DNA of 64,000 nucleotides from Fistulifera solaris (taxonomy: Eukaryota): NCBI GenBank assembly GCA_030295235.1, contig AP026132.1, positions 310,001-374,000 on the forward strand, in the 5' to 3' direction. Numbering within the stretch: position 1 is the stretch's first letter; every line of letters begins with the position of its first letter. Shown piece after piece: positions 23,901 through 36,262 of this stretch. The position numbers were made by a program, and so were the translations under genes. Under the pieces are notes generated by a model, which was given only the letters and a program-made list of their open reading frames with translations, made no database searches and was not told the DNA's origin.

Positions 23901-26263
23901 TTAGTCCAAGCATCCTGACGATCTTCATTAGCGAAGAGGACATCAAAAGCAGCATAAACAATAATACAAACTGTAGATTGTTCTGTGACCGTCTCCGGAC
24001 AATTCGTATCGACAACATCAAAGAAATCGATGGAGTCTTCAACGAGACCGGTGACTTGTACTCTTCTTTGATAACGCAAGTATCGTGTTGCCTCACCAGC
24101 AGTCGACTCTTTCAACGCTGCGAGCTCTTTAACGACCTGCTTGACAAACTGGTCGTAAGCAGAATCTAAGGCCCGGCGGTTTTTCCCAGATCGTAATGAT
24201 GCGGCACCCAAACCGGCCGAGTTCGCCAATATAAACGCATTGTAGATTGTTTGTACTTTAGGGTCAGCAGGCGAAGCGGTAGGACCAGTAGCCGTGGGCT
24301 CGCCACCAGGAGTTGGCGCTGATGGCGCAGCATCTCCTGAGATAGCTCTTGCGGTAGCTTCGCAGACATCTTCCAAAAACTTTTGCTGTTCTGCAGTGAC
24401 ATTGACTCCTCGAAGTGCACCTCTGATGTTTATAGACAAATCATCTTCATTTCCAGTAGCCAGCGCGAAAAAGTTATCTTTCAAAACTTTCGGAAGATCA
24501 TCAAAAGGATCTGTCAACGCGAATTCTTCGGTGTTTCGACTCAAGAAGCGCACATACTCTGACTGGTCCATTTTGCTGTCGCGGGACAGGTCAGCAATAA
24601 CCATATCCTGTTTACATGACTCAATATCAATCTCAACATCGGTTCCTCCTGGTGAAGCAGTCGGCGTACCCTCGCTATCTCCGGCAGCAGCTTCCGCGAT
24701 TGCTTTTTCCGTAGTGTCACAGACAAATTGAAGATTACTTTGTTGTTCATCTGTTCTTTCAGCATCAGTATTCCCTTCTACAGATATCATGTCACCCGCC
24801 GTGTTGCCGTTGGTGGATGTCAACGACGTAAATGCGTCTTTCAGCTCTTGTGCGAGCCCATCGTAAGTACCATAAAGTGCACGAATATCGATCTCTTCCT
24901 GGGGCAGTCGCGTCAGAAATATGAAATACTCTCTGTCGGACAAAAAACCATCCCGGGTAATATCGGATTGAGAGATCACCGATAAGCAATCTTCGAATGT
25001 AAACAGTTCCGCTGACTCTCCCGGAGAACTCGACGGCATCTCATCTCCACCTCCTGCCGCAGCATTCATCGCTGCTCTTGTATCATCACATATCTTCTGA
25101 ATGGAGCTGTCATCACCGTCCACAGAAAGCATGGTTCCGTCTCCATTGCTAACAACCAATGCATTGTAGCTATCTTGCAATGGCACTGGCAAACCGGCAA
25201 AATTAGCATACTCGCGGAAAAATCCATCTCCCACTCGATCCAGAAACAGAAAGTGTTCTCGTTTGTTCAATTTACCATCACGTGTGATGTCGGAAACCTG
25301 AAGATTGGATTTGCAAAAATCAAAATCAAAAGTGAATTGCCCACCACCTGGTGCCGGTGCAGCGACCGGAGCAGGAGCTGCTACAGGAGCCGGTGCAGCG
25401 ACCGGAGCAGGAGCTGCTACAGGAGCTGGTGCAGCAGCCGGAGCAGGGGCTGTTACAGGAGCTGGTGCAGCAGCCGGAGCAGGGGCTGTTACAGGAGCCG
25501 GTGCAACGACCGGAGCCGGTGCCGTTACCGGTCCGGCCACGGGAGGAGTTTCCCCGTCGCTATTTTGCGCGAAAATACTAGCCACTAACGTTTGCTGGCA
25601 TAAATTTTGAACAAATGCTTTTTGTTCTTCAGTAGCGTCGCGGTGCTGTGTTTTCCCTCCGTACACATCAATCGAACCGACACTCGGTTCCATGAAAAGT
25701 TCAAAGACGGCCTTCACGGGCCCTGGCAAGTCGACAAATGGTGTGGTTAAACCGTACAGCTCTCCCGACAAGCGATCGGCCAAGCGCGTGAACTCCAGCT
25801 CTCGATCTAATCGGTCGTCTCTTCCAATATCCGCCAGCGAGATGGCCAACAAACAATTTGTGCTCGTAAGCTCCAAGTCAGAGCCGCCGATAATCCCCGA
25901 GTAAATACCAGCGCAAGGTCCTGCTGCCGCCGCAACGTCCGTAATGGCCAGTGGGTCCTCGAACGCCTCTTGCAGTTCGGGCGGTAATGCGGCAAATTGT
26001 GCGACGGAGATCCCCGACAGCACTCGGATGGCTTCGACGAATTCTGCTTCGTTTAAGGATCCGCTGGCGTCGCTGTCGGCACCCTTCAATGCATCAAAAC
26101 ACGGAGCATAGGTCGTAGATGGGGGAAGCGGAGCCGCTGCTGCCGCACCGAAGAATGCCGGAAGAAGAAGCCAGGAACGTTTCCTCCGCCTCGAAATCCG
26201 GAGTTCGATGGGTTTGCTCTGCCATCTTCGCCGCCTTTTCTCTTCTGTACATCGCGGTATCAT
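20918..26263 (-). CDS. Giant (about 1780 aa) type-I membrane protein A: Cys-flanked EF-hand-like repeats, PAPVAA linker, SEA-like domain, TM, acidic Tyr-rich repeat tail; frameshifts near 22946 and 22345
   Basis: ORFs 22820-26263, 22341-22955 and 20918-22510 join end to end with continuous composition; TM IIIIICVCIVLALAGGYGIY; homology to the gene at 27573-31822. Confidence 0.75.
21080..21830 (-). repeat. Coding tandem repeat, 51-nt / 17-aa unit (SRSYEDGEGSRYDDEEG), about 13-14 copies
   Basis: Counted directly in the 20918-22510 translation; synonymous variation between copies. Confidence 0.92.
25352..25531 (-). repeat. Coding tandem repeat, 18-nt / 6-aa unit (PVAAPA), about 10 copies
   Basis: PVTAPA PVVAPA PVTAPA PAAAPA ... 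PVAAPA in the 1147-aa ORF. Confidence 0.92.
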
Positions 26264-27572
26264 TATTTCTTACTTCTAGTTTGAATGCTTCTCGTCCGAA
26301 CGAGGCGATGAAATAAATTGGAACTTGCCACAACAGGCAGCAAAAGCCCTTTCTATTACTATCTCTCTTTCAGCAAAATCACTTCTGCATTTTGCGGGGG
26401 AGGTAAAAAGGGGCACTTTTTCAACAAGGAATGGGATTGACACTTTCGAAGAGTGTGTCGGTTGAAACGATTAACCACCGTTTTCAACCAATCAAAAGCC
26501 TAAGCCTCAGTCTTGGTCACTGAATCACGAATTTCAGTACAAGCAACTGATTTTGAGTGCCGGATGTAGTAGTGGGTCTCTACTTTGTTTGTTAGTGTCG
26601 AAATGTCAAAGACATTTGTAAGTACACAATGAACCCCCAAAAGGTCTTTCATTTCTTGGCGAACGGAACGCCATTTTCTTTCATCAAAGGGTCGAATTAG
26701 GCGAGAGACGATGTTTTGGAAGACGTTGGAAGACGATGGGCGCGCACAACATTCCGTTCCATCACAGCAATTACCAGAGGCCTTGCTCTAGCTAAAAACA
26801 CATTAGGGCAGCAACTCGTCGAGTCAAACCGGTAGACCCTGGAGAAAGGTTTTGCACCGACAGATCGACGCCTTAGTTTGACACCACAAATTACAGGTTT
26901 TTATTGAAATAGACATAAAGCTCTAGAGCGAGCAATTAACACGCAATTCATTGCCATAAGCTCGAGACCTACTGGAAGAAAATTGCCTTTTGGTAGATCT
27001 TTTAGAGTCTCACTATTATGCATCCATCAAAGGACTCGCTGGGTTAAATGTTCGCAAAGCACATCTATGTAAATTAAGCTATCTCTAGAGAGGGCATCCA
27101 ATGGGTATTGGAGAGGGTCTTATTCAAAGAAATTTGCACGTTTCCCATCTTGTCGAGACATCTTAGGCAGGAAAGAGTCATAGTATCGTAGCGGTATCAT
27201 CTTCAGCCGCTGGCGTCAACGGCGGAGTTTTTTTCGGTCTTGTCGAAAATTGTGACCCGATTGACTTTTTTGGTTGAAGCACATCGGTATAAGCGCCATA
27301 GTGTGAGTACCACACTTCCAAATATTTAGGCATTTCGACGATTTTTACTAGGCACTCCAAGATTATTGCCCTTCTGGACCACGTCGCACAGTCTAGGGTC
27401 TAGCGACTGTATGGGAAGCTCCGACCAAGATCGAGCTTAAACTGTACATCGTACATTTGCCGAGGAACGACTAAAAACCTGATCTTCTATTCATTCCATC
27501 GTCGTCTTTATGCATGTTTGTTGTTGACATCCTAGAAAATTTACAAGCAAGAAGTTCTAAGACTGCTGCAAA

Positions 27573-30500
27573 ATGCCTTCTACCATGTCGTTCTGGGGTA
27601 AAAAGCGGAAGATCCCGCTTTGCTTATTGCTGTTAGCCCAGCTTTCTCATGCGCAATACATCAGCTGCCGAGAGACGCTGACGAGCGCGAATGGGGATGG
27701 CGACGCTACGTTACAGGCCGCCGAAATTCCAGGATTTGTCTTTCAACTCAGTTCCGGAATCGTGGATGCCGCTTCGGTCGATAGTTTACCTGTGCCTCTG
27801 CAAACCGTGTTCATTTCCCGGGCCAATTCCATCAACTTGCTAGGAATATTGGATCCGACGAATGCGGCGGCAGTTGTCGAATTAGACACGTTTTGTGATG
27901 ATGTCTATAACGCCTTGGGAGAGCATCTGGGGATTACCATAACGCAAAATGCTTGTATTGGAGCTCTCCAGACGGCGGATACCAGTCCAGGGAACGGTCG
28001 GGTCAGTTTCGAGCCGGAATTTCTCGCCTTTACTGCGAGTCTCGCCGGAACGGATTTTGGCGTCACGACGGCCGCCGAGTTGCCGGCCGGCCTGATTCGC
28101 GTCTTTGATGATTTTTCCGGCGGTACGGACGTGAAGAGCTCGGCTGGATTGGAGTATTTGGTTCAATTTTGTCAGCGAACGGCGCTGCAAGCGAAAATCG
28201 AGTTAGACAAACCCGACGTGCCGGCCACGACGGCACCGGCACCGGTGGCTTCCACCAGTCTACCGGTACCTCCAATGGTGGCTCCAACGTTAAGCCCTGT
28301 TGCTGCGTCTCCAATTCCACAGCCAACAACGCCGGCCCCCGTAGCGGTCGACTCGGAAAGTCCAGTAGCAGTGCCGACATCGACCGAATTTGTGCTGACC
28401 GATGACTTTTATGCCAGTTGCTTAACGAGTATGCAAGCATCCGATCAAAATGGAAACAATCTCATGGAAAGTTCGGAATATCCAGTTTTTATTGATGGAA
28501 TTTTGGAGGGCGCATATGCGGAAACACCCTTCGATGAATTAGACCCACTGTTCCAAACGGCTTTCAACGAAAACGCGGTAGTGAGAGAAAGCATCAATAT
28601 ATTTGGGGCAAAGCCAGGAGAGTCACCAGACGCAGATCAAACATCGTATCTACGGCAAGTTTGCTCCGCAGCGGGTCAAGCCGATCTCGATCTCGCTGGT
28701 GGAGAAACGACTCCGGTTCCTGCTCCGGCTGGATCGGAAACAACATCGCCAGCTCCCATGGCGCCAGGATTGGTGAGTCCGGAATGTCAGGCAGCGATTG
28801 AAGTCGGTGGATCATGGTCGCAAGATTCATATGCGCTCTTTGTGCAAAAGCTTGCACCCAGCTTGGACGGTGACTATGAAACGCTTCCTTACTTGCTACA
28901 GGACAACTACAAGTGGATCATGAACGGGGAGGAATCTATAATGATACCCGATACGCCTTATGGCGAGGCATACACTCGCTTCATATGCGACCGAACACAG
29001 AGGCTCATTGACCAGCCTGAAAAGGGTCAAACGATGGAAGAGCAATGTGCGATCGCTTTAAAGGTCGCTTCCAGTGACGGTTCAACTTTATCGCAGGACG
29101 AATACGTGGTCTTTTTTAAATCAGCTCTCAGGATTCGCATGGGAAGGAATACAATTTGACGCGTTAGACTTGCTCTTGCGAGACGTATTTGAGGAAAATG
29201 AAACAGAAGGGAAAGCCGTTGCAAGCTCGAATGAATTCTGCGTAGCGGTATCCCAAGCCCTCGAAGCTACGCGCAGTGACAATGCATTCTACCAACAGTG
29301 CACAATTTCGCTTATAGGGGCTAACACCGATCTCGACAGTAGCGTATCAACAGCGGAGTACGCAGAATTGTTTTCTGCACTTGATGGTGGCACAGATGAC
29401 GCGGCATTTGACGATCTTTCTGACAATGCAAGAGTAAATTATGAACTACTGGCCGAGGATAACGGCATACAAGTGCCAGGTCTCCTTGCACCAAACCGAA
29501 CTCAGGAAGAGTCGGAATCTCTGCGAGGATTGTGCGATAGCATCGAAGCAATCATAAATGTTCCCGACGATAGTGGGAATGCCACTCGCGTGACCGTATT
29601 TAACGCTTTTGTTCTGCAAAATGATTTGGGGTTCACACAGAGAGACATGGAGATAGGAGTACTACGAAATACCCTAGAAAGCGCCTACCGAAACTTTGTA
29701 ACAGCACAAGTGGCGAAGCTGGTCAAGCCCACAGGCGACCGACGGAAGCTCTCGGGTTCTGTCCTACTAGATGACACTATTCGACTGTATCGGTTCGAAG
29801 ACATTCAATGTCCAAGTGGAGCAAGCGGTAGTTGCCAAAGAGCTTATGGCTCATTTGACGTGGAAGCAAACCAGGACAACTCAATTCTCTCTAGTGAATA
29901 CTCATTAGCAACCCAGGCGGCAATCGATGATGGTGCATTACAAGACGAGGTCACCAAACTTGATCCAGATTTTGAGTTGGTCGTACATTCCTCGTCGGAA
30001 GTGTTGCGCCCTGATGAAGGGGTTTACCCTAGTGCTAGTACGGGAGAAAAAGACAACACTGTTCTTGTAAGCGTCTTGACTATTCTTTTCGGGGCCTTAT
30101 TTGGAATGCTCGGTGCAGCTGCAGTGGCCTATTACATTGTGCGGAATAACCTTCCTCCACTAGGAACTGAGACGAACGCAAGGAAGACAGACCCGGAGTT
30201 GGCTTTGTTTGATCATTTTGACACGAACGATAATGAGCAGCCAGAAGCGCCCACAGATGATCCTTATGGGAACCTTGCCGTGTTTAGCAAAACAACTCGA
30301 AGTGCAAGCAACAGGGATGCATCCGAGCGGAGCCAAAGTGAGCAATCTGAAGAGACCGGGTTTGATCGATATGCCCTTAGCGGCAAGGGAGAATAATAAT
30401 TTTAATTTTCCCGCTTCCCAAGCTACGGCTGACGAGCAAAGTGATGATGAAGAGAGTATTAACAGTGACGCCATGTTTCAAAAGGAAGAGATTACTTGGA

Positions 30501-31822
30501 GCAACAACTCTCCAATCAGATCTCCGGTAGATCAACGCGGGAGGGAAGGGGAGGCAGATCCACGAATCACCAGCCCTAACCAAAATCAGTTTGAAAATGG
30601 AATTGACGACCATTCGGACAACGGCGGCGACGATCTCGAACCGATGCAATATGGAGCGTTAAAGCAACCTACCTCGCCTTTACGTCAACAAGCAGGGTTG
30701 CAACAGGAAGAATCGGATCAAGCGGGATCATCAGCATTGAACGCATCGCATTCCAATTCTGAATACGAGCTTCAAGATCTTGAGGACGAAATTCATGATG
30801 TTGATACGATGCAAATGACATCACGACCCGATAACGACGAAGAATATTCGGTGGAAGTTCAAGAAGAAGAATTTTCGGAGGAAATTCAAGAGGAAGAATT
30901 ATCCGAAGAAGTACAAGAGGAAGAGTTCTCGGAGGAAGTGGTTGAGGAAGTGGTCAGCGAGTCTGAAGTCGACGAGGAAGAGACCGACGACGAGGGCGCG
31001 ACTGAGGACGAACGAGGCACCGCTGCAGATGATGTACAAAGTGGCGGAAGCAGTCAAGACCAAGCTGATATGGAAGACGAGAGCGAAGAAGGAGAAGACA
31101 ACGAAGAAGAAAAAAGCGAACCCGAAGAAAGCGAGGAACCCGAAGATGATGATGAAAGTGACGGTGACACGGAAAACGATAACGCGGAAGCAAAGCCTCC
31201 TTACCGAGATGAGATTGCGGCCTTGATGCAACAGGTCATGCCCGACGAAATGGAAAACCTTGACGCAATGCTCGAACAATTTTCTGGAAGGGAAGATGAA
31301 CTACTTGAGACTCTTGAAAACATGGTAAATGCCGGCAGTGATGACGAAGATGATGAAGATTACTCAGAAGAAGGCGAGGACGCAGAGCAAAGCGAAGATG
31401 ATGAAGAGGAAGATGATGACGAGGATCAGGAAAGAGAATTGGGGTCAGAGGAAGAAGAGGAACGTGAAGATGAAGAGGAGGAGGAGGAAGAGGAGGAGAA
31501 CAGTAAGGCAGCCGCGAGCGAAAGTGAAGAAGAAGAAAGCGACGCTGCTGAAAGCGAAGGAGAAGAGACCGCATCCGGCGCAAGCGAAGAAGAAGACGAA
31601 TCTGAATCCGAAGCAGCCGCAAGTGAAGAAGAAGAATCCGAATCGGAAGGAGCTGAAAGCGAAGAAGAGGAACAATCAGAGGCAGCCAGCGAAGAGGAGT
31701 CGGAAGCAGAAGAAAGTGAGGAAGAGGAATCGGAAGAAGCCAGCGAAAGTGAATCCGAGGAAGAAACGGAAGCTCCAGAAGCGAGTGATAGCGATGACAG
31801 CGATGACAGTGACAGCAGTTAA
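27573..31822 (+). CDS. Giant (about 1410 aa) type-I membrane protein B, paralog of A: signal peptide, Cys-flanked EF-hand-like repeats, SEA-like domain, TM, Glu/Ser/Asp-rich tail; frameshifts near 29115 and 30390
   Basis: Signal peptide ...LCLLLLAQLSHA; TM VLVSVLTILFGALFGMLGAAAVAYYIV; blocks shared with A (TVFNAFVLQN/TIYNAFILAN, ESAYRNFV/DSAYDQFV, MPDEMENLDAMLEQFSGREDEL/VPDEIDNIDNMLDQFAGRETEL). Confidence 0.78.
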
Positions 31823-32069
31823 TAAAAGGGGAAGTAGAAGTTTCCCTAGTATGTAAAATTACGATTTCCATAGAGATTTCTTTTATTATCTTTTAACTCT
31901 CATGCCAGCCTTAATTCTCATTGTTTGGTACCCTAGACATTTTGTGTCACGTAAATCGAGTCCCGAATCATTGCCGGACCTTTTATTAACGATAGAAATT
32001 TCGTCATTGTTTATCGTCAATAACTCATGGCTTTCTCTTTCATTCATGTAAAAAGACGCAGGAGCGACC

Positions 32070-32678
32070 ATGTTCTATCGAGCATCCTTCTTCGTTGCCG
32101 CCGTATGGATCCTGAGATCCGTGCAGGGACTCAGCTTTTTAACTCAACGTTCTTCGTCAACGAACTATGACTTACTGGTTGATTCATCGAGGCGTACATT
32201 TTTGCAAATTGCTCCTTGTCTTCTTTTTCCTCAATTTACCAATGCCGCCATGGAAAATAAACAGACTGTGTTCCGAGAGGGAGAGTCGTTAACGATTGAA
32301 GAAGCCACTGCGCGATTTCAGGAAGCGCGAAAATCATTGAACAATTTGCTGGAAAACTACGACGCCATTGCGGCGAATGGCGGAGACAATGTTCGACGTT
32401 ATTTGGGGACGGTAGGCACTACCTCCGGCTTATATGGTATTCAAAAGGTGTTGCGGACGTTACAAGATGAAGCAAACGATATCGTGGAGTATACGGAAAG
32501 TTTGAGTGACTTTGAATACTATCTGAGTGCAGCAGACACGGCAGCCTATTCTGCCATATTCGTGGAATATTCCGCTGCGAAAACGAAACCCGAGCAGTTC
32601 TTTGCCGATGCAAACAAAGCCGTGCAACGAATGAGAGCTTGTATGGACCAGATGGCACAAGAATTGGCTCTTCAATAA
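32070..32678 (+). CDS. Putative thylakoid-lumen protein (tripartite presequence; helical, possibly PsbQ-like)
   Basis: Signal peptide, Ser/Thr-rich transit peptide, twin-arginine SRRTFL, hydrophobic stretch and TNA-A cleavage site; helical mature part with GGDNVRRYLGTVG. The PsbQ-like call is inference. Confidence 0.6.
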   Translation: MFYRASFFVAAVWILRSVQGLSFLTQRSSSTNYDLLVDSSRRTFLQIAPCLLFPQFTNAAMENKQTVFREGESLTIEEATARFQEARKSLNNLLENYDAIAANGGDNVRRYLGTVGTTSGLYGIQKVLRTLQDEANDIVEYTESLSDFEYYLSAADTAAYSAIFVEYSAAKTKPEQFFADANKAVQRMRACMDQMAQELALQ

Positions 32679-32790
32679 AACACAAGATCATCTGAAAAAT
32701 CGTTTTTGAGCCATGGCGTATAAATCAGCTACAAACTGCTTTCATTACAGTATTTCGTTCAAAGCGTAAGTGCTTGCGAGTAAAGTAACC

Positions 32791-33396
32791 TCAGTTCAAA
32801 GGCTTAATGCGCACAATCGCTTCCACCTCCACGGAAATGTCGAGGGGTAAACTATTCGTACCGATTGCGGATCTAGCATGTAGACCTCGTTCTTCTCCGA
32901 AGACTTCTTTCATCAGATCCGAGCATCCATTTAAAACTTTATGTTGTTCATGAAAGTCGTTGCTCGATTGCACAATCCCAAATAGTTTGACAATTTGTTC
33001 GACTCGATCCAAATCGCCACCGAGTTCCTTTTGTAAGGTCGCAATTAAATTCAAACCACACTGACGGGCTGCCGCATAACCATGGTCGAGGTTATGTTCC
33101 GAACCGATGGATCCAGTCATCAAAGAGCCATCTTCGAGCATAGGCAGATGCCCCGACAGAAACAGCAAATCACCCGACGACTGGACGGGGACGTAATTTG
33201 CGGCGGCTTTGGGTGCTGGTGGGAGCGTGATTCCCAGCTCTCGCAGCCTAATTTCCGTATGTACCATTGATAGTGCAGTGACAGTAGTAAAGGGCGTGTT
33301 GGGAAAGAAGGCGGCTGATGAAAATTCCATGGTAAATGAAGTGCGTGTTGCGCAAAGAAACATAAAAAGATCGCAGCTAAGTGACGTCATAACCAA
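32791..33396 (-). CDS. RidA/YjgF/YER057c/UK114 family protein; core starts near 33267, N-terminal extension uncertain
   Basis: RLRELGITLP, ANYVP, LFLSGHLP, AARQCGLN, QHKVLNGCSDL, HARSAIG and LPLDISVEVE motifs. Confidence 0.9.
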   Translation of the reverse strand: MVMTSLSCDLFMFLCATRTSFTMEFSSAAFFPNTPFTTVTALSMVHTEIRLRELGITLPPAPKAAANYVPVQSSGDLLFLSGHLPMLEDGSLMTGSIGSEHNLDHGYAAARQCGLNLIATLQKELGGDLDRVEQIVKLFGIVQSSNDFHEQHKVLNGCSDLMKEVFGEERGLHARSAIGTNSLPLDISVEVEAIVRIKPLN

Positions 33397-33559
33397 GAAA
33401 CACCTTACGCTTCAATCACGCTAAAGACTAACAACACCTCTATGTAACGAAGAACACAACACCGCTTGAACCTAGGAAATTGAAATATCGCCATATAAGA
33501 ATTGCATGCAAGCAGTTTCACGACGACATAGCGTACAAGGAGTGTTTACATTGTCACAT

Positions 33560-35844
33560 TTATAGTTGTGAGTGCACGCGTTTCTTACGAAGCAATGTTA
33601 GCTTTCGTTCTGGTTGTGCATTCCGGCTCGATATCAGTTTTGATACTTCAATTGCTGTCATATTCCTCACGTCAATGTCATCAATTGCAATTAGTCGATC
33701 ATCCACACAGACCTTATCACCAAGAATGGAAGAGTCCTTGATAGCATAGACTACAGGAGGACCCTCATTCGGAGTATCAATAATCAGACCCAATTTCCCG
33801 GCTGGTGCAATGACATCCAGGACTTGTTCATTACGGGCCACGCTACCAAATAGTCGGGTCGTTTGATTCGCTCGCACACTACTGCTCCCTCGCGAGCTCA
33901 CTGAACTGGATGCGGATCTTATGCGATGCTTGTTCTCGTACGCCATCACTGCTTCCGCACCAATCTTACCAGTAAACACGGAATCAGGAGCAGACATGAC
34001 GCTGTCTTCTTCCAACTTATTGAAATCGTATACTAATGAAGAGCCAGAGGTGGCCGAGTTCACCGATCGTATCATTTGATCACGCGAAACGTAAGCCTTG
34101 TCGTAATCGTAGTCATCCGTAGCAACACTATCATACGCAAAAAATGGGGGTGAGCAAGGGCTAGTTGACATCAGCAGTCGAAACCAAGAGATTGACGTAC
34201 CTTTGAAGGCCGTAGCTTTGTCCTTTTCCAAAGAAGCCACCTTCGATATCACCGGTTGTTCGGGGAGATCTTGTTCTACGTCGCCAAACTGATCTTCAGG
34301 GAGTTCCGAATTTGTTGACAGTTCATGTGCTTCGTTGCCTTTCTCTCTTTGACGCTTTCTTCGATTGAATCCAACAAATGCTGCGAGAGCGAGGGCAACA
34401 ATCAGCAGAGCAAAAGAATACCGACAATACCACCGGCACTCATTCCATCGTCATAGTTTTCCGGTTCACCTGGTTCTTCTCCGTTACCTCCGCCCTCTTG
34501 CTCAGGTACAATAGGAATTGTTAATGGTACATCGACTTGCTCCATATTCGAAAATGTCTTCAAAATATTTCCATACTCCGTGTTGCCGACATTGTCTTCA
34601 AAAGGCAAGGTAGCGTAAGCTTCGGATGACAACGTGCCCTCTCCAGCCACGTACGTCAATGCTTGATCATAAGTGATGGTATTGATAGACTTATTGGTAT
34701 CGTCCACCGTCACATTATTCGACACAAACGATATTTGCGTACTGACATTTTCAACGTTGCTCACTTGCAAACGGCGTAGGGGACCAGGACCAGGAACGCC
34801 CACAAAAAAGTTTGTAAACCAGTCAGCGGTTGCTTTTTCCCATTCTTCGATTTCGACCAATTCTCCCGCATTTCGCAAAGTCAATTGCAGGCCACGCAAT
34901 GTTTCGTTCATCACGGATCCTGCCGGTGGAGCCACTGGTGCAATGACACGAGCTGTCGGACTCGGTGAACCAACACCGGAAGGTGCACTGCTCCGAATTG
35001 CACTGGGTGCGATAGAAGGTGCAATGCTCGGTACTAGAGATGGACTCATGCTAGGCTGACCGGAGGGTTGAGCTGTGGGCGTCGCCGTCGGTGACATCGT
35101 TGGGGCGCGCGTTTCTCCCGGCATCAAAGGAACTTCCACTGGAAGCTCTAAATCCTTCCAATTCAAACCAGAGCGCAACCGTTGTCCATACTGTGTATTG
35201 GCGTCAAATAAGGTAAAGGGATACCGAGCATAAAAGACGGCCGTGTTGGACCACGGATATGCTTCAAACGCCACAAATTGCGAATAAATAATCTCGGTAT
35301 GAGGAACGTCGTCCACGATATACGTTGTCTGATTTTCGAGTACAACAAAAGTCCGGAAATTGAAGAGAGGCTGATCACTGGTGGTCATTACTTTTTCATA
35401 AAACTGGAGCATCCACTCTTCGGTTAGAGTCTCCCAAATAATGACTTCCTCTTCCTTTAGGGCCTTCACTCCCTTGAACCTTATCTCAATCATTTCAATA
35501 TTTTCGCGTACGGCAACAGTTGTCACCGCGGTTGGTTCGGGAAGAACGACACTGGGCGTCGGAGGGGAAGGGGTCGTCGCGTTCGAAGCCACTGGAGCCG
35601 ATGGAGCAGTTTGATTGGAAGTCGAGTTCGTCTCGCCTGTCGTGATATTCGTATTCTCTGAACTCGGTGTCGTTTCATTGAAAAGAGGAATCGTATTATT
35701 CACTGTTACGTTTGATTGTGGAGACGACGGGACGGTTCCATTGACGAAAACGGAAGTATCATTTACTGGGCTTGTTGGCGCATCGCTCGTTTGCGCAGCA
35801 AGCTGCCGCAGCAGGATAAAGAACAAAGCATAAAGGTTTCTCAT
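33560..35844 (-). CDS. PDZ-TM paralog 2: signal peptide, mucin-like stalk, two SEA-like domains, TM, DYDY motif, PDZ; frameshift near 34410 (probably another near 34255); intron 34128-34200
   Basis: MRNLYALFFILLRQLAA signal peptide; TM GIVGILFALLIVALALAAFVGF then RRKRQR after frame correction; PDZ APAGKLGLIIDTPNEGPPVVYAIKDSS...DRLIAIDD. Confidence 0.8.
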
Positions 35845-36262
35845 CAGGACCTCTATATTATTGCAAATTGCATCAATAATGAATGCTTGTTCTTGTCATC
35901 GTTTCAGTCGCACAAATAAAAATTTACAGCGTTCGGCGATGTGACGGAGTTGCGTGTCGTCTTTCCTATCTAATGCAATGCACGCTTCCGCGACGCGTGA
36001 ATGAGCTTAAGTAGTTAGTGGTATTTACAGCACACAGTCTTTAATTAATGTCAATACTTAGATCAACATATTTACATTAAAACACATACAAACCTTACAT
36101 ATAAGGCCTTTATGTACAACGGTACTTTCATGACGGCCCTGTAAAAACTCCAACAGCAAAGTACACGTTTTATAGCTAGGTTTGCGTGTGCACCCAGTTC
36201 ACGACTAACCAATTTACAGAAGCTAGGGAAGCTAACTATGGTTATTTTCAATTTCATAACAA

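Noticed and set aside
31236..31871. Antisense Leu/Arg-rich and alternative-frame Lys-rich ORFs over the tail of protein B
   Set aside because: By-products of GAA/GAG-rich low-complexity coding sequence.
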